A stretch of DNA of 64,000 nucleotides from positions 13,237,353 to 13,301,352 of the forward strand of contig NC_037594.1 in NCBI RefSeq assembly GCF_003073045.1, read 5' to 3'. Every line of letters starts with the position of its first letter. Position 1 is the stretch's first letter. This DNA is from Pomacea canaliculata (Eukaryota). Below are positions 27,401 through 39,400 of the stretch, piece by piece. The translations under genes and the position numbers were made by a program. Below the pieces are notes generated by a model. It saw nothing but the letters and a program-made list of their open reading frames with translations. It had not been told where the DNA came from and did no database searches.

Positions 27401-30400
27401 TGTTGGGGTTCTTACAGGTAACAGGAGACAGAAAAATGCACATGATTTTGCAAAAAAATGTGAGGCATCACAATTAAAATAAAAAAGGTAATCACCTTGC
27501 CAGTTACCATGTCATAGAGATGCACAAGACAGTCCCATCCTCCTGTGGCAAAGTATGCACTGTCAGGTGATACTGCCACACTTGTCACAGGCTGAGAAAA
27601 GTAACGAGTCAATTATAGTTACACAGTTGGCATTTTCACATTAAAAACTGAAAACATTACGAAAGACAATTTCTGTCATAGAGAGGAAGACAAGCATGGC
27701 AGGGGATGCTGACAAAAGAAGAGAGCTAAAGAGCATTAAAGGAGAAGATAAAAATAAAATTTTTATTGTTAATTCTCATTCTTCAACTTCTTACCTTTGA
27801 CAGGTTGGCTAGATGCAGATAGCATGGGCTGGCAGAGGCTGGTTTGTTTTTCCACTTCACAGAAGTGCACTCTTCTTTGATGGTGCCAGCAGCCTGGAGA
27901 ACCTTCACCTCCTTGCAAACCTGCGAGTCTTCCAGGGCATTTTCAGCCTGTTGCCAAGTAAGAACTGGGTGCCTGGCAACACAGAGGCTCACAGTGAGGC
28001 CATTAGCACACTATCAGATTATGCTCAGTTAATGCAGCGTGATGAAGTCAGGACCAAAATGCAAAGTAAAGATAAGAACTTGACTATATATGGCAAAACC
28101 AGATGGTATCAACAGCTACAAAGGTTAATGTTAACTGTGCTGGTTATCTGCTGTAATGTTCCACCTCTGCCTCAGAGTATATAAATTACTGTAGACAATG
28201 CCATGAGTAACTTTGTTCACAATGGTTTCATAATTTTGTATATCTCAGTATGCAGCACTTGGATGTACTTAAATCTAGTGAATCTTCTTATCACCTGTTC
28301 AGTATATGGAGATTGGTGGAGACAAAGGCCTGGTAGTCCTGCACACGAGTAGAAGAGAGGAATTTCTGCTTTTCCTTTTCTTGAGATTTGCTGTTGCTAC
28401 CTAATCAGAAAAAAGGAAGTAAAGGAGAATTTGATGCAAAAAAAGTAATTTTAAATAAATATGTGTTACAGATCCCACACATACAAAGCAATACAAAGAT
28501 AACAGGACAGCAAAGATAACATTACCTTTAGCAGCAAAGTCCTCCATCAGCTGAGCAGCCAGTCCAAGTTTGCACTTGGTGTGGATGAATTGCAGACTGC
28601 AGAGCACATCCTCCAGCTCTTCATAACAGCTGCCATGACACTAAAAGAGAAACACTCTTCATCTTTGAATGTCTTCTCTCACACAAATATCATGCAGTGT
28701 AAGATATTTTTTAAGATAAACATTTTCCCTACATTTTCTAGAACTCAGTTATACTAAAGCAGGTATTATTCTGATTCAAATGATACAATAGACATTCAAC
28801 TTGATGGCTGTGATGTCATTGAATAGTTTTGACTCAAATTGCAAAATACTTTGAAGACACCTCATTTATTTAATTTGAGAGGAACTCTTTTCTTATTGTA
28901 CAAAGTTTTCAGAACAGCTGACCAACAGGCAGGGCATACACTCACAAGGTGGTATGGGAGTTTGCTAAATGCACGGGTGTTCCGACTTTGCCATGATCTG
29001 TCTCCTGATGGGTCTGCCTGAAGCATGTAGTAGCCTGCACACAAGCAACTTGAACAATAGTTTACAGCTAAATCTCTCAGGACAGAGGAACTGGGGTTTA
29101 GACAGTTTAATTACAATAAAATGTCCACAAAGCTGATAGGTAAAAAGGCCAGTTTAATGAGAATGAAAGAATTCACCTGCAAGCAGACGATGAAGCTGGC
29201 GCTCCTTATCATTTGTAGATGCCCGCAAATAGCGTTGTCTGATGGCCACACCTATATCATGGTGGGCCAGCATCAGCTGCACATTCCTGCAGACGAGAAC
29301 ACTTATTGTGCCAGGTATTGTCTAGCTTTGAAAATGAGATTTTTAAACATTTATAATCAAGATCATTAAAAAGAGCTGTACTAAGTACTGTCTAGTTTTG
29401 AAAATAAGTCTTTCAAATATTAATGACAAGGAGTACTGAGAGCTGAATGGAGGAACATATCCTAACAGGACATCCCCAAAATATCAAAGTTAATTTAAAC
29501 CACTAGATTTTATTCCCTTTAACATTAAAAATAAAAAATTTAACAATTTAAAAATGACAATTAAACAAACTAGGATTCACTTTCTTGGTTTCAAATGATC
29601 ACAGCAGCTTAAGTTTTTCTTGGAAAAATCCCACTAGAGTTTGCTCTATTACAGCTGCTACACTATTACAGATGATGTATCTTAAAGAACTTACCCAGAG
29701 TATGAGTTAAGTGGATTGAGGAAGGATTGAATGGATCGCTGAAGAAAAGCAAATGTTGCACAAGGGAGGGCTGCAGCTGCAGGAAATGTCTGTCCAATCA
29801 TATCATAGGGATGAAATTTGTCAAAGTTCTTTGCCAGACTGACATGCCAGGCAAGCAAGTCTTGCAGTTCTTCAGGGAACAGGCCTGCAGATGGGAACCA
29901 GTAACAGATGCTTAGAGGCTGGGTATTTTTCATTGTCACTTAATCTTGTCATTCACCTGTTACTTAATTTTACTATGATTTATATTACTTAGGATTTTTC
30001 CTCAGCTACATACTAGAAAAGGATGTATTACCTTTCCATGTTAAGTTTTGGATGTCTTTAGAAGAAGTTTATCAAAACAGATTGCTGTCACTGAATTTGT
30101 CAAAAGACCTAGATTAAAATATTTCAAGCAATCATAAAAGGTCAACAGGGTTCTTTTCTTGAAAAAAGCCTTAACATAAAGCATGGACATGAAGCATATG
30201 CAAAAGCTTTAAAAATATCAAGTTAAAGAAAAGGTGAAAAATTGTCCCCTTTCCTCCAACAATTAAGGGACCAGAAGATGAGCTGGATGAGATCTTGCTG
30301 CAAAATCAAATAATGATTTATGCTTGAAAGTACAGTGTTGTATTCTTTGCCAAAAAAATTAATGGCAGTGGAACTCTATGTGATTAAAAGCATCATTTGA

Positions 30401-33400
30401 ATGGTTAATTAAATATGAAATGAAGCATACAGCATCACAAATGCTGGCCACTGACCATCTCTGGAACACAAAAGCAGGCAAAGGGTAATGCTAACAATGT
30501 CAACCCCATGGTCACCCTCCATTCTGACCAGAACTTCTTGCAGCAGCTGTGGTGTTGTGTGAGGCATGGACTTCAGTCTGCTTGCCATCTGTCAATTCAA
30601 AGTCAAATGCTAAGCGATGTAAAAACAAAATTAAATTTTATCACCTTAATATTTCTTTATGATTTCTATTAATTTTATCATCTTCTTCCTTTGAGTTAGC
30701 AATTTAAAGGTGTGAATATTACAAACGGAATACTGAAAAATATATATGCACAAAGGACAGCTATATAATGTTTGCAGATAGGTTGGATTCAAAACTAAAA
30801 TGGGAAAAGGAGAAAAGAAATGAAAACAGCTGAGCGATTATAGGTAGAAAGTGTAAAAGAAAGAATCATGTTATGTTTTATTTTACCGAACAGCTATTAA
30901 ATAATAATAATAATGGAAATTTATATATATAGTAGTATCGAACGTGGCACACATACACACGCATGCACACAGGTACAGGCTTGGTGGTGGGGTTAATGGC
31001 CAGGTGACAACCCTGTGACCGAAGGAGAGCGGGAGAGGGTCGACTAGTGACAGGATGGAGGTATGGGGATAATTCGGAGAGCAATCGCGCATGAAAGTCG
31101 GGTGAAGAGGGCAGGAGGACAGAACGTGAATCTGTGATAAAAGCAGATCAATTTATACATGGAAACAATGAAAATGATGAAATCTAACAAAAATGTATGA
31201 TGCTCTTCTTTTTGCCCATCCCTTCCCAGATGGCTCACATCATCAAACAGTCCAAACACTCTCAGCTCTTCACAGGCCAGTTTCAGAAACAGAGGGTTGT
31301 GAGCCTCCTTTTTCATTGTGAGGACCTTGAGCTGTGGAAGAGATATTTACATGGAATAAACTAATGATCAAATCCTTTAACTAAATGAAGATGAAGCATC
31401 TTTAATTCTCCAAGTGAGAAAAGCAGTGACATAGCTGCCAGCTTTGCAGTACCCAGCATTTAAATTTGCATGATCAACTACCCCTCCACTTAACTGCCAT
31501 GAAATGAATAATGAATAACTAAATAACTAAATAATGCCTAACCTTTGCAGTTTTGCAGGTTTTATGTCAACAACAAGAAAGAATTTTTCAGAGATGAATA
31601 TTTCAGCTGGCTCACCTGGTTGTTGAATGGTGCTTCATTTAAGGCTTTGCGGTGGGTGGCCAGAGTTTTTCTAATGATCTCAGCTTTATCAAACATATCA
31701 AGTGGTCCTACTGACACCACATCCCCCTTCAAACGCTCTACAGCCTGGTGGCACTGGTCGCTTTCCACAGCAGAGACCACTACCACAACATTCTGCACGA
31801 GTTAAAAAAAAGTTACTTAATGTCTGGTCAAACAAATTTAAACTCTTTAAAGTAATAACTAATTGTTCGTAGAAAAAAAATCGTTTTATTTTTCACCAAC
31901 AGTTCACCAAAGGCTACCTTCAGCCACCCTGAGGCTAAGAGTATGTCATGGTTTTCACATACAGACAGTGCTTTCAACTTACTGGTGGTAAAGGGTGAGG
32001 TAGCCATTCCAAATTACAAGGCTTATGTACATCTTCCATCAAATAAAGACCATCCAAGAAGAGAACCAGTCGAGAACTTGGGCCACACAGCCTACCTGCT
32101 TCCTGCAGGATCGAGCCAAATACCACCACTTGGTTCCTGTAACACCCAGGTGCCTGACAGTTTCAACAGTTAAATGCTCATTTTAAAGTCTGGGCAATAA
32201 TTCATGTTAACATACCATGTTTGGTTAGTAAAATTTTTCTTTCTTGTAGTCTTTACCAGATGACATGACTCTATGATCACCTTACTGGCTATAGCTCTCA
32301 ATTTTAACTATCCACTCCCATTTGGTCAGAAATGACCAATGAACACAGAGAACACAAAATAAACTCACCCCCTCCATCCCTTCCTGCCTGGCTAGGAAGT
32401 TTGCCTCTGAACTGAAAAAGAGACCCACATTGGGGAGGCAGGAGGGAACTAGCTGTCATGTCATCTAGTAAGTACTTGAAGAAAGAAATCTTACTACCAA
32501 ACATGGTATTTCTTCTTTGTGCTGTACCAGATGACATGACTATATGGAGAGTAAATAACAAATGGAGGGAGTGGTTGCCTAGATGAAAGTTGTCTATTGC
32601 TTCCATACAAGAACAGTTTTTAAGATGTACCTCAGTTCCAGTCCAACTGCAGAAAAGAAGACCACTCTGGACTGAGCTCCCAAAAGACTCACTGGGGGCA
32701 GGACAGACAAGTCATGCTGCTTGTTGCAGATATGCTGACCTCATCCAGAGATTCAGAAAATAAGAGGGAGCTGCAAGTTCTCTTCAGTACAAGCTGGCAA
32801 ACAGAGTAGGACTGCCAGCTTATAGCCTGGCAAACACAAAGTAGGACTGCCGGTCTATAGCCTAGCAGTAGGACTGCAAGCCTATACCACCTTCACCCAA
32901 CTGCCCTTTGATTGGGAGAAGCAAATATCATACTGCAAGTGCAAAGAGCATGGAGGCAGCATTGGGAATGAACAGGAGAGCTGTAGGAGACTTGCTCCAC
33001 TGAAAGCAACATAAGGTTCTTTCGTGTAACCCCAAAGCCAGCAAACAAGCTGGCGACCAATGTGGCTGAAGCTGGATAAAAAATTGAGAAGTGTACTCAC
33101 TGGCCTATGATATAGAAGGGATTGGGGTTGAGTAGGTTGATTCTGTGTTCTACTTGTTCATTGGTCATTTCTGGTCAATCAGGAGTGGACAGCAGAAATT
33201 GAGAGGTAGCTAATAGGGTAATCTTCATATGGTCGTCATATGGTATTGTATGAAAAGAAAGTAATAACTGTCACCAGAATCCTTCAGGTCAAAAGAACAG
33301 TTTCATCATAACAGAATTTACAATGTATTTTCAAATGGCGAAAAAAAATTATTGGAACACACTCATTTAACGAAATATTGAGTCTTCTTACAGAACTGAG

Positions 33401-36400
33401 ATATTAGCATTAAGACACTGTTATAATGTTAGTCCTGAAAACCCACTTAAAATCTTCTGGAACTGTCAGGCTTAGTCCAAAGTTTTTAATGATTTCCTGG
33501 CTGAGGCGGCATATGGTGGCTCCCAGGTTAGTAGAGCCTGGAGCCGCCCCCACAATGTGAACAAGAACTGTGCTGCCACTGGAGCAATGCTTGGACTCCA
33601 CATACTGATGAATTATTGAGGCCTGGAAAGACACCAGGATCATATATTATTATTTCTGTACTTGGCTAGAGGGCTCACTGAGATATGCAAGAAATTGTTT
33701 TCATTTTCTTTCCTCTACACCTCTGGCAGTTTCGAATATCTGCGTCAGTCTTATTCCTAACAATCCCTCTCTCTATCTCTCTCTCTCACACACACACACA
33801 ACAAGACCATTATAAATACTGGAGCTAAAGACTCACCATGACAGAAGATTTTCCACTGCCTGATTTACCCACAAGGCCGATCAAACAGGAAGAGGTTTTA
33901 GCTATTCTGTTGACACACTGCTGGACAAGTGCTGTGCGGCCAACAAACTGACCACTTCTGCTGTCTACAAAGGCACGATGTAGGCGAGCAATGTGTGTGT
34001 CCTCGTCCAGCATGGCATCCTATTGAACAACAGCAAATACATAGTCACTGTTTGTGTGTTCTTTTGCTTGAAATGTGAATTTTATGGCAGGTGTCCATAT
34101 GGACGTTAAACTGATATTTCTGATGCTTGTTTTGAGCATATGAAAAGACACTGAAAAGCTAACTTGATATAGTGGTTTGTCTAAAATCATGGTTCTCACA
34201 TTGTTTTAAGCAAGAATAGAGAGAATGACTGGAGACTGCTAAGGAGCTCCATGTAGTTACACAATATCTTTCCTCTTAGCAAGAGAGAAAATACACAACA
34301 TAAGTAAAAAAAAAGAATGAAAGGGAATGCATCTTACTGCAATACCTCATCTGGGTACAGATGCTGCACAGCTAGCCAGAGATTGTTGAGAGCTCGTTGA
34401 CCAAACTCCTCCAAACCTGCAACAATTGGTTTCTTGTCTACTACCCCTCCCCACTGGCATGGGTAGCTGCAAAATACATACAAAAATATCACTTGGGCCC
34501 TTCTACTACATGACAATCTTGAAGATGAGTTTGATCAATACTAATGAAATTCAGAAAAGGATAAAGGATGTAGAAAATATGTATTCTTACTTGTCAAAGA
34601 CTTCATGTCCACTGCATCGAACCCTGTTTTTTAGGTTGTTCAGTCTGATCATACTTTCCTCGTCCTCTGATGCAAAGCTTTGCAAGAAAGCTGATGGGAC
34701 ATTTCTAAAAGGAAAAAAAGAAAAACAATATTGTTGACTAAGAATTTAGTCCCTGGCCATTGTACACACATGCATAATGCTAGTGAAAGCTCACACAAAA
34801 ATTTCTCAAAACTCTTGCCCAGTCTATTTCCATTTAGCAAAACCAAAAATGGAAAAAAATTAAAAAATGTAAAATAAATTATTTAAACTTACTTTTCAAA
34901 GCTGCTGTCTCTAATGAAAAAGAAGGCTCTCTCTTTTGTCTTCTCAACATCTGCCAAAGCACCAAAGTGAATCTCCAGCTCAGTGACTGAGGCTCCAGCT
35001 TCGTACTCTCGAACACAGTCATATTCAGGTGTGTCTGGAAGCTGGGATGGGGCAGGAACCCAACCATAGCGATTGCCTAGCAACCCCACAAAAAGCTGGC
35101 ACTTTTTCAGTTCTTGAAGGCAGAGCTCAACAGTTCTGAGGAAGTGACAGAATAAAATAAAGTCTTGATGGAACTCAATGGGGCCAAGTCATAGCCAGAT
35201 GCATTTTGTCAAGGGGACAGAACTACAGAGGGGAAAAAAGTCCCTAAAGGGTCAGACAGTAGTATCATTCATATAGCAATGATTTCTAGCAGTATTACCT
35301 ATGCAAACAGAGTGACTACAACTGTTAAGGCCTTGTTACAATGTACTACATGAAGGCGGTTCTAAGTCAGAATACAATATGATTCCCCTGAATTACATTT
35401 TAGGTAATAAATAAGAATAGTGAGCAATTTAGATTTACTACTTCTCTCTTGTGCAAGCACACGCACCCCAGCAAACACACAAAGATTCCGCCAAGCTTGG
35501 TGCTTCCTCGGTCTGCCTTGGTACCAGTATTGGCTCTTCCTTGGTCTCTCTATTGGATCTTCCTTGGAGGCGACAGTTGGGCCACTCTTAGCCCAAGATT
35601 GGCTAAGTCTTGGTCAAATCTTAGCACCAATATATCGCCCATCTTATCCCAATAACAGACCAGCTATAGACCAATCTTGAGCCAATCATCCATTGCCCAA
35701 GGAAACCCCACATTCAACCAATATTGCCCCAATGATGTTTTTGGTGGTATGTACACAAGTTCACACACAAAGCTGACCTTCACCTTCTGATATCACAAAT
35801 GCAAGCATTTTACCTGTTGTTTCTTGCGTCTTCTTCAGTGATTCCCCAACGAAGATCAACTTCAAATATGTTGATGAAGTGATGAGACCCACGTGCTCGC
35901 AGTTCTGGGAAAACAAACCTGGTCAGCAAGTCCCGTTCACCGTGCATGTCAAGGAAAGTAGATGAGATAAACACGCGTGCTGTGCGCCACCTGTGGTACC
36001 CAGAAGTTAACAAAGTTTTTTACAAATAATACTCGTTTTCTTTGGGTTAGAGATGTACACTGTCTGTATCCTGCTCAACCCAGTCAACATAGCTTGATCA
36101 TAAGGGTAGCCAAGGATGTTACCAGGCCCAGGAAGAAATACTCAGAGTGGTGGCATTGGTCTGCCGGTCATCTGATGCTTGATGTAACTCCCTTCCAGCA
36201 TCAGCTGTATTCATCAGTCAAAAATCTTAGCTCAACCTAAAAAGATGCAGTTTCAACTATGTCTGACACAGAAAAAGATGGTCATGTTTGAACTTACAAC
36301 TTATAACTTACGGCTTACAACTATAGCTTGGATGGACTTCCTAGGAGGGACAATGACTTCTGCTTGAAATGACCAAAATCTGCGAGCCCTTTACTCTGTG

Positions 36401-39400
36401 ATCGTCATCAGATCTTGTCTTTCACTTTCTGTGGCAAAATCTTTTTAAGGCCAATGGAAGCTTTTAATGCTGAACTTGGTTTTTCTAGTTATTTTGTTGA
36501 AAGCAAACAAGTCAATAAAATTCTTGTGCTCTCAGCCCATCCTGACTGCCCACATTTTAATCAGGATCGATCAATCTCCCGTCACCATGTCTGGGTTCCT
36601 GGAAAAGAATTGTCTGCCTGAATGGTGTTTTACACAGAGCCAGCAACTAAAACTATATCCCAGCAAGGCAGCTACCACTGTAAGCAGATGCTACATGCAG
36701 AGAAAGAACAGCATGCAAGAGACAAGAGCTGGGACAACCAACCATCCCTGTATTTTTTAAAAGTGCTAAAAGTTGCACCACTGGACCGTACAGCTTGTAC
36801 TTTGGAACATGGTACAAGTTTAGTAAGTTAAGAAATGCATACCAATTTATATGCCCTCCCATCTGCTCCACAGGAAGGTGATGCTAAGATTTTGACTGAT
36901 AAACACAGCTCACACCAGAAGGGAGCTACATCAAACATCAGGTGACTAGCAAACCAAGGGTGCCACCGGTTATTGCAGGTCAGAGTTACTCTTCCTAGGG
37001 GCTGGTGGTTTACTTGGCTTCCCTTATGACCAAGCTACGATGACTGGATCGAGTCAGATAAAGATAGTTTACATTTCTAACCTTACTAAAGCTACTTTTA
37101 CTTCAAGAAAACTTTTCTTCTTTTCACTGCCAATATATTTTGCATTAAGTTTTCATACTCTTAACACTTTTTTCAAGAAAACAACCATTTCCACAAAATA
37201 CACCAATAATAGAAATTTGTCTGAAACTTAATGAGCAAAAATTCCACGTTATCTGGTGGTATGTGGTCATGCCCACTGACATGTTAGCAATTAGTATTAT
37301 GCAGTAAATAATCAAATTTCACTTTGTCAGTACGAGTGCAAGCTAATATAGGGTACATCCCAGCTACACACATTAAACTGTACTGATGGCAATCTTTCCA
37401 TTTTTGTGGAAGCATTCTGACAACATTGCATACCTTGGTGTCAAGGATGAGACAGGTAGAGGTTTCTCTGGTGAACCAACTGGCACCTCTTTCTTCACGC
37501 TCTCCAGGAACAAGGGAGTTGACTCTTTCAGGCCAAAGATCTTGTCTATGTTTTCTACATGAATCAGCTGTCCCCCACTGCCGCGTTCTGCAACAAACCT
37601 GCACACACGGGATTAATGTCAATAAAACCTCATCGAGAACTTGTCACTTTGCTTGTCAGTACTCTGCAGATCAGAATGTTTATCTATCATCTGCTTATAT
37701 GAAACCTATCAGAGCTGAGCTCTTTGTTCTTGACTGGATGAGCACATCAACCTTGATATTCTTTTCTCTACCATCAGCAAGTGAAGTCATGACAGTAATA
37801 ATATAAAACAGAATACAGAGTATGCATGACAACAGAATATATTATGTGTTATTGCAGCACTCTAGTAGTGTACAGAGTAGAATGTCTTTGTTGTAAAGTC
37901 GGCGTTGAACGACGCGGCTGCCCCTTTCCCACGCTGGCTGCATTCGTGGTAGCCAACCTTGAACTGCCCACCTGTGGCCACTGGTCTATTGTTACACCCG
38001 CCTGAGAACTTGGGGGAAACAATGACCAGACAGGGCGAGGGGAGTGGGGGTGGATGGCTCTAGAATGTTCGAGGGTAGGGAAAATAAGTAGCGGGGCTTA
38101 TAGTGGTGTGAGACCTTTTTGAATTTGGAAGGAAGAGGAGAGAGACAGCAGGCCAGCCGCTGAGAGAAACTGAATTAAAAACTTCAGAGTGTGTGGAAAT
38201 TCCATCTTTGTGTTATTCCTGTACAACTAGCCCAACCCTACATAGCCATCAGAGACTGACGTGTTGGTTGCATTTCATGTATACACATACATTCCTAACT
38301 ATAACATATATTTACTAGATGTATTCTACTTAATACAATGCATGACAACAGAACACATACATTATAACATACACAGACCTACATGTAACTACAATAAACA
38401 TTTTCATTTTATATATTTTAGATGCAATGAGTTACTTTTCACACTTTATGAGGAAACATTTTAGATTTTAGACAAAGACATACAAGTCCGAGCCCAAATA
38501 ATGTTTAGGGTTAATGCTAAGAAGCGTAAGTTACCTGAGAATGGCATCGCTGAAGCCTGATATGTAGATGTCATTTTCATGTTCAGGTGTGATGTCAGTA
38601 TCAAACCTGGGGAACATACCATCAAGAAATTGTTCAGAGAAGTTCAACAGTGAGACATTCCTTGCTGCTTTTTACAAAGTCCTGCTTTGGAATCATAAAT
38701 CAACAAAATCTTTAGAAAGCTCAAGAACATGAACAAGAAGACAAACCACAATGCATAATATTTGATATATTAATTTCAATAAACTGCTTCACGTTAGCTG
38801 ATAACACTAAAGGCAAAGAGCATCACAGACTAGTGGCTGTAAGGGCACAAAACGGAGGTTTAGTGTTTGTAGGGCATAGCATATGGTAGGAAGTGCCCAA
38901 GTTCCCCTTCTGCCTCTCCTTTTTCCTTTCCACTTTTACTGCACAGCTGCTGTGTGGGCAAAGGTAGTTTTTTAGTCACAAACTCAAGCAGGTGCTACCA
39001 ATGCACTAACTACCAGGCACTACGACAGATTCTCCATAACAGTAAGCTAATAAGCTAAAATAGCACCACTCATGAAAATCTTATTTCCTTCTGCATACAT
39101 TTGATCAAAGTCATAATGCCTCAGAGATAGCCACAGTAACACATGTAGTAACACATGTAACATTGTACCACATTTAGTGAAAAAATGACTCATACTTGCA
39201 GCCACTGCCACTGGTACAAATGCTGACATACAGCAGGTTTGGGTTAACCAGACGGCGATATGGCCGAAGGAAGTCTCCTATCATGGTGCCAACCACAGCA
39301 CTAGGGTTGAGATCAAATCCCAGCACTACGATGTTGTCCACCTATCATAAATTCAGAAGAAAATAATAGCTGAATGTGCCGACAAAATCCATGACTTAGA

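Noticed and set aside
27813-28184. 123-aa plus-strand ORF
   Set aside because: Antisense to TEP1 exons and intron; it lacks splice or start context.
37030-37060. B-box-like ggatcgagtc, considered as a possible tRNA gene
   Set aside because: No A-box or cloverleaf-compatible sequence at the right distance upstream. It lies immediately next to SINE copy C (36625-36790) and is not a tRNA gene.
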